A DNA stretch of 64,000 nt from positions 2,857,807 to 2,921,806 of the forward strand of contig OZ252216.1 in the NCBI GenBank assembly GCA_965248915.1, read 5' to 3'. This document shows, one piece after another, positions 30,169-39,244 of the stretch. Both the position numbers and the translations under genes were made by a program. Position 1 is the first letter of the stretch. The number at the start of each line of letters is the position of its first letter. Under the pieces are notes generated by a model. That model made no database searches and was not told the DNA's origin. It saw only the letters and a program-made list of their open reading frames with translations. Source of the stretch: Alphaproteobacteria bacterium. GTDB taxonomy: Bacteria > Pseudomonadota > Alphaproteobacteria > M2410.

Positions 30169-31173
30169 TCAAGGTCTGGGCTCAACAAACAGACCATCGA
30201 CTGACTCGTAGTTGTGCTCCCAGACCGCAAAGAAGAGCCGACTCAACCAACTCTCTGGATTATCAATGATGAAGAATTCAATTCCAACAATCAGAGCCAG
30301 CATCACTAAGATCGCAAGCAGCCAAATTGTGATTTGAATTCGAACTCCTGTCTTGGAGACCTTGATGTACTGTTGGCCTTGTGATGTTCTCGGCAGAAAA
30401 CGGTGCTCCATGGGATGTTTCCGGTAGACCCCCACTGCAAAATGTCGAGATATCAATCCACCTGACCAGATGAAGGTCGCAAGCAATAGGATCATCGGGA
30501 AGGTGGAAATCACCACAAACGGCGTCATCGCAATGCTGCTTGTAACGACAAGCGAAACCAATGCAATGCCAAACCCTTCGATAGGAGCAAGTCCCTTCAC
30601 GAATATTGAGAACTCTATCGACGGCAATATATTGAAGACGGAAAATAAAAACGCCGAAAAAAGTACAATGAAAGGCAGAACAATAACTGGTGGCCCAGGA
30701 ATCGCGGCACGCCATGGCATTGCAATTGAATCTGGGTATAGAATTTGAGGTCGTAGCCCGACGGCCGAAGATATACCATGTAACAAAGCGACTGCTGCAA
30801 GACCGGGAAAGTGCAATTCGAAGAATGGAATGACAGTCATGGTCACTCCAGCCGATATCTCCACTAAGAATCCCATCAACATCAAGAGAACGATCAAGAT
30901 CGAAAAGAACTGCCGTCTAACTGAATTCCAAAGTACGCCCAATGAGAAGACGCTCAAAATTACACTCAGCCACAAATGGATCGTCATGAGACGCACGGCG
31001 TGCTCTGTCGGGTACGGAAGGGCAGACATCGGCGAATAGGGAACCGCGACACCAAGTGCCGCTCCAACGGCCCAGGCAAAAGCCACCACATTGAGCCCCA
31101 TCAGGATGAACAATGTACGCTTCCGCGTCTTCGAAAGCACAGGATCGACAGGATCGATAAGTTCCACGCGCAC
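30169..31173 (-). CDS. Hypothetical polytopic membrane protein (paralog B)
   Basis: 334 aa; low GC; architecture parallels 27201..28202. Confidence 0.5.
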   Translation of the reverse strand: MRVELIDPVDPVLSKTRKRTLFILMGLNVVAFAWAVGAALGVAVPYSPMSALPYPTEHAVRLMTIHLWLSVILSVFSLGVLWNSVRRQFFSILIVLLMLMGFLVEISAGVTMTVIPFFELHFPGLAAVALLHGISSAVGLRPQILYPDSIAMPWRAAIPGPPVIVLPFIVLFSAFLFSVFNILPSIEFSIFVKGLAPIEGFGIALVSLVVTSSIAMTPFVVISTFPMILLLATFIWSGGLISRHFAVGVYRKHPMEHRFLPRTSQGQQYIKVSKTGVRIQITIWLLAILVMLALIVGIEFFIIDNPESWLSRLFFAVWEHNYESVDGLFVEPRP

Positions 31174-31222
31174 CCCACACCAAAACCGTGAGGGGAACCC
31201 ATCTCACACTAGGGAATTCTCG

Positions 31223-31444
31223 TCAAATCTCCATGGGGATCTTGGGACGGAAGAAGTTGAGGCGTAGCGCGTCAATCTTGGCGACAACTTCCGCCTCAAG
31301 CGCACCCAACGCTTCTGCATCAACAATCTCTTGAAGCTCTTGCCGATTCTTCACGCCGAGAACGAGCGTGTCGACCCCGTCCATTTGCAAGGCATAGCGA
31401 TGGGCCAGGATGGCCGGGTTTTCCCCGAGCTCTGCACACAAGGC
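31223..31444 (-). pseudogene. Orphan duplicated 3' end (last 74 codons plus stop) of the aldo/keto reductase gene at 32772..33776
   Basis: 222 bp nearly identical to 32772..32993, with 2-3 synonymous mismatches in the first 30 nt. It begins exactly at the stop codon. Confidence 0.9.
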
Positions 31445-31520
31445 TTTGTTATGTAACTCGCAAAAATCCCAATTTCTAGGTTTGTATAAGGTATTTTCGG
31501 AATTATGCGGCACGAGGTGG

Positions 31521-31600
31521 CTTGTGATTCACCAGTGATTCACAAACCTATTTGTATTTCATATTTTGAGTTTTATGATTCACAAACATATTTGTGTTAC
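31521..31600 (+). promoter_or_regulatory. AT-rich promoter/operator region upstream of fic with repeated TGATTCAC / TGATTCACAAAC(C/A)TATTTGT motifs
   Basis: TGATTCAC at 31524, 31536 and 31576. Two 20-nt near-identical repeats at 31536-31555 and 31576-31595. Imperfect palindrome ACAAACATATTTGT. Confidence 0.45.
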
Positions 31601-31660
31601 ATAAATGTTTGTTTATAAGCCACAATTGATTGCACCAATTCAACCCTTAGAATAAGATGG

Positions 31661-32767
31661 GTGTCCATGCAACCATATACTCCAGAAGCGCTACCGCCAA
31701 GAGATCTCGACTGGGCGCAACTCATCGAGGGCTTAAGCAATGCCAACCAAGCTATTGCTCGCTATGACGGAAGGTTGGAATCACTCCACAATCCAGCAGT
31801 CCTGCTGTCACCGCTTACAATGCAGGAAGCAGTCATGTCTTCTCGCATCGAAGGTACCGTAGCAACGTTGAGTGACGTGCTAGAATACGAAGCTGGACAA
31901 ACAGACATTCACCCCGAAAAAAGAGAAGACATTCATGAAATTCTAAACTACCGCACAGCGATGAATGTCGCTGTTCGAGAATTGGTATCGAGTCCTATTA
32001 CCCTAAAGTTGATCAAGCGCCTGCACTTTATTCTCATGGACAGCGTTAGAGGTCGTAACAAGAGAAGGGGAGAAATTCGTGTAATACAAAACTGGATCGG
32101 CCCCAAAGATCGCCCAGTTGAAGAGGCGTATTTCATTCCCCCGATTGCTCTTGATCTCGAAAGACATCTTACCCACTTCGAAACATATGCCAATTCTCGC
32201 CAGCCAGACGCACTCATCCAGGCGGGCCTTCTTCATGCTCAATTCGAACTACTTCACCCATTTCTCGATGGTAATGGAAGGCTCGGACGACTTCTCATCC
32301 CGCTCTTCCTATCCAAGCAGGGCGTATTGCAGTCGCCAATGTTTTACATTAGTGGCTATCTGGAAACACATCGGCAAGAATACTATGACCGACTACAAGC
32401 CCTGTCCGAGCAAAGAGATTGGACCGGCTGGCTCAACTTCTTTCTGAAGGCCATCACGTCGCAATCAGACGAGAACTCCGGGCATATACAGGCAATTCGC
32501 ACTCTCTATGAATCGATCAAGGTCAATGCAATCGAAGAGATAAGGTCACAATATTTCATTCAAGCGATCGACACAATATTTACCCGCCCATATTTCACGA
32601 CAACGCTGTTCACCGAAGAGTCAAGCATACCCAGACCAAGCGCAATCAGGTTATTGAATGCTCTTGAGGAACTTGACATCATACTTCAACTCCGGCCGGC
32701 GAGCGGGAGTCGGCCCGCCGTCTATTCATTCCCGGAGCTTCTTTACATCGCCGAACGAAACGACTGA
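31661..32767 (+). CDS. fic: Fic family protein (AMPylase-type, class II with N-terminal inhibitory helix)
   Basis: Fic active-site motif HPFLDGNGRLGR; inhibitory motif SSRIEGT (S-x-x-x-E-G) near the N-terminus; lower GC than surroundings. Confidence 0.9.
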   Translation: MSMQPYTPEALPPRDLDWAQLIEGLSNANQAIARYDGRLESLHNPAVLLSPLTMQEAVMSSRIEGTVATLSDVLEYEAGQTDIHPEKREDIHEILNYRTAMNVAVRELVSSPITLKLIKRLHFILMDSVRGRNKRRGEIRVIQNWIGPKDRPVEEAYFIPPIALDLERHLTHFETYANSRQPDALIQAGLLHAQFELLHPFLDGNGRLGRLLIPLFLSKQGVLQSPMFYISGYLETHRQEYYDRLQALSEQRDWTGWLNFFLKAITSQSDENSGHIQAIRTLYESIKVNAIEEIRSQYFIQAIDTIFTRPYFTTTLFTEESSIPRPSAIRLLNALEELDIILQLRPASGSRPAVYSFPELLYIAERND

Positions 32768-32771
32768 CCCC

Positions 32772-33776
32772 TCAAATCTCCATCGGGATTTTGGGACGGA
32801 AGAAGTTGAGGCGTAGCGCGTCAATCTTGGCGACAACTTCCGCCTCAAGCGCACCCAACGCTTCTGCATCAACAATCTCTTGAAGCTCTTGCCGATTCTT
32901 CACGCCGAGAACGAGCGTGTCGACCCCGTCCATTTGCAAGGCATAGCGATGGGCCAGGATGGCCGGGTTTTCCCCGAGCTCTGCACACAAGGCGCGGTAG
33001 GGCTCAGCACGGATGTAATCCTGCATATCCGGCTCGTTGACATCCATCGACCGGTCAATTTGTGCCGTTAGTGCGCCTGCTTGCACAGCGCGAATGCCCA
33101 TGACACCCACATCATTGTTCTTCGCGGTGCGGATGATATTGCGCGGCTCCGGTGGTTCCTCATAGCGACGAATGCCGCCGGGCGAATCCATCAAGTTCGT
33201 GATCGCTTGAACGACCGCCGGCTTTGTCTCTTGTCGAAGTGCCGCCATGATGGTGGCGGGAAGGCCTGTGCCGGTAAGGCCCCAAGCGCCGATGAGCCCG
33301 CGCTCCTTCAAGTTTTCAACAGCAGGGATGAAAGCGTCTAAATAGTTCGACCACGACACCGTCCAGCGTTCTTGGGTATCACTGTTTTGCGCCATCACAT
33401 AATTGTCGGGGATGACCTGACAATGCAGGAAGAAGAGATCAACGCGGTCTTGTTTGAGGGCTTCGAAACTTCGCATGAGTGAGCGTTCAATCTTGGCCAA
33501 CATGTCATCTGGCGGCAATGTGCCGGTCAGGCATTTGGTGGTGACGCACACACCCTCTGGCAACCTGCCGCCAAAGGTCTCCCCCACCACGCTTTCTGCT
33601 TCGCCGCGCCCATACATCGGCGCCAGGTCAAGGAGCGTAATGCCAGCATCAACAGCCGCCTTCACCGTTGCGACCGCTTCTGCCCGCGTCGTTTCACCCC
33701 AAATTTGTCCAAGTCCGCCACCGCCCAGCGTCAGCGCACTTACAGGGCCAAAGCCCCCAAGCTCTCTCATGTCCAT
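32772..33776 (-). CDS. Aldo/keto reductase family oxidoreductase
   Basis: 334 aa with AKR fold motifs (GLTGTGLPA; C-terminal module). Its 3' 222 bp are duplicated at 31223..31444. Confidence 0.8.
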   Translation of the reverse strand: MDMRELGGFGPVSALTLGGGGLGQIWGETTRAEAVATVKAAVDAGITLLDLAPMYGRGEAESVVGETFGGRLPEGVCVTTKCLTGTLPPDDMLAKIERSLMRSFEALKQDRVDLFFLHCQVIPDNYVMAQNSDTQERWTVSWSNYLDAFIPAVENLKERGLIGAWGLTGTGLPATIMAALRQETKPAVVQAITNLMDSPGGIRRYEEPPEPRNIIRTAKNNDVGVMGIRAVQAGALTAQIDRSMDVNEPDMQDYIRAEPYRALCAELGENPAILAHRYALQMDGVDTLVLGVKNRQELQEIVDAEALGALEAEVVAKIDALRLNFFRPKIPMEI

Positions 33777-33832
33777 GGGGTAATGTTTAGCAGAGTCCGG
33801 CGCCCAAAGGCATCAGGTCTTCACGATAATTT

Positions 33833-34507
33833 CTAACTAACGACCCCGTATTGGTCGTAAAGATCGGTCCGGTAGTAATCACGTTGCTGTTCGAGCTCGA
33901 CGAGATCCTGCTGCAAATACTTGATCTCCTTTTCGAGATCATCCTCAGCTTTCGACAGCTCGACCACTTTGATCACCAACTTCATGCGGGCCAAATCGGT
34001 CATATCCCCTTCGACGATCTCCCACTGGGTCTCTTCGATCTCATGGATGATGTCCTCAAGGTCAGACCGGTGCGACCGGATCGTGGCTTGTTGGGCAGCC
34101 ACTTTCCGGTTGTATTGATAGAGTTGACGCCCCGCCTGATAAGCTGCCGAAAACACGCCGTCGCTGTCCTCAGGGCACACATTGGCGTAAGCACCACCAC
34201 GAATACCGACTTGCAGGCCATTGGGTTCGCGACAATATGTCTGAAGGCCCTCTTCGCGGCCGTCCGAATAGGCAAGGAAGTTGGGTGTCACACCATGGGC
34301 CGCACACGCTTTGCGGTGACGCGCGATGTGATCTGCTGAACGGCCCTGAACGCCGTCCTCAAAGCCAACCGCATTCCAATCAGCGGCGACACATTCACTC
34401 TCGCTCATAGAGGCACACGCACTCAACAAAGAGGCACCCCCCAGCATGGCAACAAGCGCAATTGACTTCAGTCCCGTCATCATCCGTACCCTTCTTATTT
34501 GAATCAA
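33833..34507 (-). CDS. DUF2799-domain lipoprotein
   Basis: Lipobox LLSAC; the ECVAADWNAVGFEDGVQGR repeat is typical of DUF2799. Confidence 0.55.
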   Translation of the reverse strand: MIQIRRVRMMTGLKSIALVAMLGGASLLSACASMSESECVAADWNAVGFEDGVQGRSADHIARHRKACAAHGVTPNFLAYSDGREEGLQTYCREPNGLQVGIRGGAYANVCPEDSDGVFSAAYQAGRQLYQYNRKVAAQQATIRSHRSDLEDIIHEIEETQWEIVEGDMTDLARMKLVIKVVELSKAEDDLEKEIKYLQQDLVELEQQRDYYRTDLYDQYGVVS

Positions 34508-34591
34508 ATTCGAACGGTTTCCCGTTCAAACCTGCATCAATGAGAAGTGTAGGAGGGAGGGACTAACAATTGCTTAGACTTACTTAAGAGT

Positions 34592-35848
34592 TTAACGATA
34601 CCCGCGAATATCCCAAGCACCTTCATGACCAAGCGCGAGGCGCGCGATCTTCTTTGACATGTTGTAACCACCGCGCTTGCGGCTGACGAAATCCAGGAAC
34701 CCGCCAGTATTGGTAAGAATGACAATACCGTCACCGGTATCTGGATCAATGACGAAAAGACCCTGGTAGCCTGGGTTACTGCCCCAGTGCCAATAGGTCG
34801 TGCGCTCATCAGACATATCGATGCCGATGCCCGCTGCCCAGGACGTGCGTTTGTTGATTTCAACCATCGGCGCCAACATGGCATCACGCGTTTCCACTGA
34901 AACAAGAGTGGGCTTGATGAGCTCCACCGCGAAACGCGCGAGATCATGAACCGTAGTCTCAAGGCTTGAGGCCAACATCACCTCGTTTTCTACCGAATTG
35001 ATGGGAACGGTAACCCGGGACATGGCAAAAAGAGCGCTAGCGCCAATAACAAAGATGGTCAGGACGGAAAGAAAGAGACCGCGAACAAAGCCGAAAGATC
35101 TAAAGAAGAAGGCCGCACCAAAGAGAACAATAACACTGAGAATGATCAACATGGTTCTGCCACGTTTTTGATCGACCTCTTGTGCCCGGCCTGACAACAG
35201 ACCAAACACCAGATCCACATGGCCAGTCGCCATCTGTTCCGTCACCGCCGGTTGAAACCGTGCACTTGTCATATCAAGAGGCGTAAAAATTCGCTCCTCA
35301 ATCCAGGCGTTCGCCGCCACGCCTGTTTCCGCTTCAATCATGGATTGGACCACATGATAGCCCTGGCCTGCATAGGAAAAGTCGGGCTCATCTGAACAGG
35401 CAGCGACAAATTCCTCTGCAAAGATATCGTTGCCAAGCCCAGCTGTGTGGGAAAGGGCCTGACCCAAAGTGGGGCGTGCGCAATCCTTCTTGAGTGTTAG
35501 TCGCGCATCCTCAATCGGGTCATTTAAGGACATGCGCCCCTCTTCGATCAGCGCAAAGGATGCGTAGGCCGCAATCATCTTGCCGTTCGACGCGGCCTGG
35601 AACTCGGTTTCCATGTCTGTGAGTTCTAGGGTCTCCATGTTCTTGACCCCAAACATCTCTACCCAAGCAATCTCACCATCGCGAATAAGCGCAATGCCCG
35701 CGCCCGCGACATCTGCCTCCTTCATGAGGTCAGGGATCGCCGCGCGTAGCTCATCAATCGAGACAGGCTCCGCACTGGCGCCAGCAAGAGAGCCGGTAAA
35801 TCCAAAGGCGAGCATCAAAGGGGTTAGAATTCTGAGAAAGAAAGTCAC
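34592..35848 (-). CDS. Serine hydrolase (beta-lactamase/PBP-like transpeptidase fold)
   Basis: Signal peptide. S-x-x-K-like motif FQAASNGK; class C beta-lactamase-like fold with a C-terminal membrane segment. Confidence 0.65.
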   Translation of the reverse strand: MTFFLRILTPLMLAFGFTGSLAGASAEPVSIDELRAAIPDLMKEADVAGAGIALIRDGEIAWVEMFGVKNMETLELTDMETEFQAASNGKMIAAYASFALIEEGRMSLNDPIEDARLTLKKDCARPTLGQALSHTAGLGNDIFAEEFVAACSDEPDFSYAGQGYHVVQSMIEAETGVAANAWIEERIFTPLDMTSARFQPAVTEQMATGHVDLVFGLLSGRAQEVDQKRGRTMLIILSVIVLFGAAFFFRSFGFVRGLFLSVLTIFVIGASALFAMSRVTVPINSVENEVMLASSLETTVHDLARFAVELIKPTLVSVETRDAMLAPMVEINKRTSWAAGIGIDMSDERTTYWHWGSNPGYQGLFVIDPDTGDGIVILTNTGGFLDFVSRKRGGYNMSKKIARLALGHEGAWDIRGYR

Positions 35849-35851
35849 AAG

Positions 35852-36751
35852 CTAGTCCAACGCCGCCGGAACCGGCACGCCTGCTTGGCGACACGCGGCC
35901 ACCACCGTGTTGCGCAAAAGGCAGGCAATGGTCATCGGCCCGATGCCACCGGGCACAGGTGTGATCGAGCCCGCAACGTGCTTAGCCGCCTCAAAATCAA
36001 CGTCTCCGATGAGACGGGTCTTCCCTTCGCCTTTCTCTGGCGCAGGGATCCGGTTGATGCCGACGTCCAAAACGCAAGCACCAGGCTTCACCCAATCGCC
36101 TTTGATGAGATGGGCCACGCCAACAGCCGCAACCAAAATATCAGCACTGCGGCACACTGCATCCAAATCGCGTGTGCGGGAGTGGGCCATGGTCACCGTG
36201 CAGTTTTCATTGAGCAAGAGTTGTGCAACAGGTTTGCCAACCAGGATGGACCGGCCAACCACAACCGCGTTAAGCCCTGTGAGATCGCCGACCGCATCTT
36301 TGGCCAACATCACCGTCCCAAAAGGTGTGCAAGGCACCATCGTGTCTTGTCCGAGCAAGAGCTTGCCTGCACTCACAGGGTGCAAGCCATCAACGTCCTT
36401 CGCGGGCAGGATGGTTTCCACCACCAGTTTCTCATCAACCTGTTTCGGCATCGGCAACTGACATAAGATGCCGTGCACCGCCGGGTCGGCATTGAGCTTT
36501 TCAACCATCGCCACCACCTCTTCATGAGGTGTGTCTTCAGGCATGGTGTGCGTCCATGAATTCATGCCCGCCTCTAAGGTCTGTTTGCCTTTGGAGCGCA
36601 CGTAGACCTGGCTGGCCGGGTCCTCCCCGACGAGCACGACAGCGAGGCCGGGCGTCAGGTCATGGGAAGATTTCAATTCCGCAACGATCTCGCCGATGCG
36701 GGCCCGCAACTTTTCAGCAAAGGCCCGACCATCAATAACTCTAGCGCTCAT
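35852..36751 (-). CDS. folD: Bifunctional methylenetetrahydrofolate dehydrogenase/methenyl-THF cyclohydrolase
   Basis: Conserved motifs GKPVAQLLL and [10 protein letters not shown]. Confidence 0.92.
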   Translation of the reverse strand: MSARVIDGRAFAEKLRARIGEIVAELKSSHDLTPGLAVVLVGEDPASQVYVRSKGKQTLEAGMNSWTHTMPEDTPHEEVVAMVEKLNADPAVHGILCQLPMPKQVDEKLVVETILPAKDVDGLHPVSAGKLLLGQDTMVPCTPFGTVMLAKDAVGDLTGLNAVVVGRSILVGKPVAQLLLNENCTVTMAHSRTRDLDAVCRSADILVAAVGVAHLIKGDWVKPGACVLDVGINRIPAPEKGEGKTRLIGDVDFEAAKHVAGSITPVPGGIGPMTIACLLRNTVVAACRQAGVPVPAALD

Positions 36752-37062
36752 GACATCCCCTCAATCCAGGCTCGAATCTGTCTTGTCTGCTCATCCCCGC
36801 CACCGGAAATCGCCACCACTTTGATCCGGCTGGTCTCACCTGATTGTAGCGTCAGATGAGAGGCCGGAACACCCGCTGATTTAGCAATCAGCTTGATGAG
36901 TTGCGCGTTCGCTTTACCCTTTTCTGGTGCGGCTGTCACCCGTGCTTTCAGGGCCCGCCGCCCGTCTGCTAGATCGACGATCCCCTCTATCGCCGCCCGC
37001 GATGACTTCGGCGTCAAACGCACCGTCAGAGCCAGGCCGGCCTTGGTGGTTTTGAGCGGCAT
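36748..37062 (-). CDS. yggU: DUF167/YggU family protein
   Basis: 104 aa; (K)AR-x-x-A-x-P-E-x-G-KAN motif; conserved yggT-yggU pairing. Confidence 0.7.
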   Translation of the reverse strand: MPLKTTKAGLALTVRLTPKSSRAAIEGIVDLADGRRALKARVTAAPEKGKANAQLIKLIAKSAGVPASHLTLQSGETSRIKVVAISGGGDEQTRQIRAWIEGMS

Positions 37063-37085
37063 CGCCGTCCTTCAGAACTGGCTAT

Positions 37086-37373
37086 TTAGAATATGTAGAA
37101 AATGACCCGCCGCAAAAACATGATCCCGATCAAGAGCACGATCGGTGACAAGTCGAGCCCGCCAATGGGAGGGATGACATTGCGGATCGGCTGCAACAGC
37201 GGCTGTGTCACCCGCGCGGTAAAGTCCGTAATGGTGCGCACCGCCTGATTGGCACGGTTGATCACATTAAATCCGATGAGCCAGGAGAGCACGACGTCAA
37301 TGATCACGATCCACACGAGAATGTCGAGCAAGAGCATAATCAGCCAAAGGATCGGGTTCGAATGAGAAGACAT
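37086..37373 (-). CDS. yggT: YggT family membrane protein
   Basis: 95 aa, two TM helices. The signature PIRNVIPPIGGLDLSPIVLLI is typical of YggT. Confidence 0.75.
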   Translation of the reverse strand: MSSHSNPILWLIMLLLDILVWIVIIDVVLSWLIGFNVINRANQAVRTITDFTARVTQPLLQPIRNVIPPIGGLDLSPIVLLIGIMFLRRVIFYIF

Positions 37374-37559
37374 GAATGAGAAACTCCTTAAAATTCCTGC
37401 GCCCGCAGAGACCTGGTCAACGCAAGATACCGGTCCGCAGGCTTACAAGCCGGGCTGTCTGTTCTCACATGTAGCGATTGAGGCGCGCCCCTGCAAGCCC
37501 ACCTCTGAAAAGCACTGCCTTGTCAGGCGGTTGCCAGAGGGTCACAATGATCCTGAAAT

Positions 37560-37635
37560 GGGGCCGTAGCTCAGTTGGGAGAGCGCTACGTTCGCAACGT
37601 AGAGGTCAGGGGTTCGATTCCCCTCGGCTCCACCA
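37560..37635 (+). tRNA. tRNA-Ala (anticodon CGC)
   Basis: Manual cloverleaf: acceptor GGGGCCG/CGGCUCC with the G3:U70 alanine identity pair. D arm GCUC-AGUUGGGA-GAGC. Anticodon loop UUCGCAA. T arm AGGGG-UUCGAUU-CCCCU. Encoded CCA end. Confidence 0.9.
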
Positions 37636-37653
37636 GGGATTTGGGAAAACACA

Positions 37654-38139
37654 ATGCGTCTATCACTGGCCGCCACTTTTCTTTCTTTTTTCATCGTGGT
37701 TGCACCAAACAGCGCCAAGGCCGTTTGGTCCCCGTGGGAGTATTTTGAGGTCGGCGGCGGCGCGGCAAAGGGCGGAAGATCCGGTGTCAAAGTTGCGGAC
37801 CCACGCAAAGGTCAATCTATCGCCATCATCTGTATGCCAGCCCAAAATCAATTGGTGGTCGCGATCCGCAACGGCCCAAGAGACAACAGGTATGACAAGC
37901 AGCGAGCGGTCACCTGGCGCGTCGATCTCGCTCCCGCGGTCTCAACAACTTTCATGAATTTGGACCAAGGCGGGGCCGGCCTGTTTGATCCCAACCAAGT
38001 TCGCACATTTATGAGCGCATTGCGCTTCGGGCGCGACAATGTCCTCATTCGAAGCAACGGCGACACCATCGAAGCTCCCTTAGATGGCTCTGCTTCTGCC
38101 ATCGGCGAGTTGATTGAGGCATGCCCCCTCGTAAACTAG
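37654..38139 (+). CDS. Hypothetical exported protein (signal peptide)
   Basis: N-terminal signal peptide ending APNSAKA-VW; no recognisable domain. Confidence 0.45.
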   Translation: MRLSLAATFLSFFIVVAPNSAKAVWSPWEYFEVGGGAAKGGRSGVKVADPRKGQSIAIICMPAQNQLVVAIRNGPRDNRYDKQRAVTWRVDLAPAVSTTFMNLDQGGAGLFDPNQVRTFMSALRFGRDNVLIRSNGDTIEAPLDGSASAIGELIEACPLVN

Positions 38140-38145
38140 CGCACC

Positions 38146-38235
38146 TCACACAAAAGGATGCGGATAATCGGGCGGGCGCCCTTGAAATTCCAAGACGGCG
38201 GGCTTCTGGACCACCCCTTCATCTACAGTGATCAC
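38146..38235 (-). pseudogene. Diverged orphan copy of the 3' end (about 29 codons plus stop) of the gene at 39245..40387
   Basis: Minus-strand translation VITVDEGVVQKPAVLEFQGRPPDYPHPFV* versus the gene C-terminus NTDEGVIQKPAILEFQGRAPDYPHSFV*. About 80% nucleotide identity. Confidence 0.8.
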
Positions 38236-38296
38236 GTCAAAAAAAGTCATACCCGATTTCCTCTATTCTCGGTCCACAAGCACCAAGCAATCACAA

Positions 38297-39025
38297 TTAC
38301 CACATTGCGTTTGGGGTCTTCTTTTGTTCGTGCAAATCCCCGCCGCTTATCCGGTCCCAGAACCGGCCGCCGACCAATTGCTCTGCGTCATAAGTGACAA
38401 CAAGATATTCACCGAGATCGCCAGTTAACTCTCGATTCTCCATCTCAAAAGTCCAAAGCGACAATCTTCCTTTTGCATCTTCGGCAAGAACACTTTTGAT
38501 GAATGCATGGGGAACAGGCACATCGATGCCATAGTCGTCATTCTCATCCCCAATTGTCTCCACTTTCTCTCCAAAGTAAAAGACCGGGGCTGTCAAGACA
38601 TAGGTCTCAAGGATATCCTCTCGATCATTCAATACCCGCACTGCCTTCTCAAGCTCTCGCCACTTGCGTCGATTGAATTCCGGTTTTTGCGGTGACATGT
38701 TTGACAGCAAAAAGGTTTCGCTATTTTGAATCTCCTGAATGTCTTGGTTTGCACTTGCAACAAGATGGCCGCGATCAAATCCGCTACCGCTGTAAGCACC
38801 AAGACCCGCGCGGAAACGTTTTGGTATTCTTGTTTCCGCCCGAAAGTGGTCTTGGCGTTCTACTTCTGAAAGGAGATGTTCGTTTCGATTTACAATTTCC
38901 AGCGTCCATTTTGCTTGTCTGAAGTACCATGAATAGCCAATCGTAAAAAATCGACCCGTTAGTATCTCATCACATACGGGAGCTCCGTAACGAAGTTCAG
39001 GTTGAATCTGAAATGGATCATTCAT
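38297..39025 (-). CDS. DNA/RNA non-specific endonuclease (Serratia nuclease/EndoG family; DRGH motif); alternative start at 39097
   Basis: FDRGHLVASANQ catalytic motif with a downstream SNMSPQ (N) motif. No signal peptide. Lower GC than neighbours. Confidence 0.8.
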   Translation of the reverse strand: MNDPFQIQPELRYGAPVCDEILTGRFFTIGYSWYFRQAKWTLEIVNRNEHLLSEVERQDHFRAETRIPKRFRAGLGAYSGSGFDRGHLVASANQDIQEIQNSETFLLSNMSPQKPEFNRRKWRELEKAVRVLNDREDILETYVLTAPVFYFGEKVETIGDENDDYGIDVPVPHAFIKSVLAEDAKGRLSLWTFEMENRELTGDLGEYLVVTYDAEQLVGGRFWDRISGGDLHEQKKTPNAMW

Positions 39026-39244
39026 ATCAATTCTCTTTCGGTCATCATCGTTCAATTGCTCGTGGCCAGCCAATCGACAAACCACACATGAAAACATCTA
39101 ATAATTGTTATTCCACAGAAAAGCAACCTTCGACAATTGAGCAAACTCATTCCTATGTCAATATCAATCTAGTGAACGTGACGGCGAATGCGGGCGGAAG
39201 ACATAGTAGGTTTCTACGGCACTTCAAATTTCACGATCCCAGAA

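Noticed and set aside
35885-36466. Two overlapping plus-strand ORFs of ~190 aa
   Set aside because: They lie antisense to folD, whose product is unambiguous. Their Arg/His/Pro-rich composition is typical of high-GC antisense frames.
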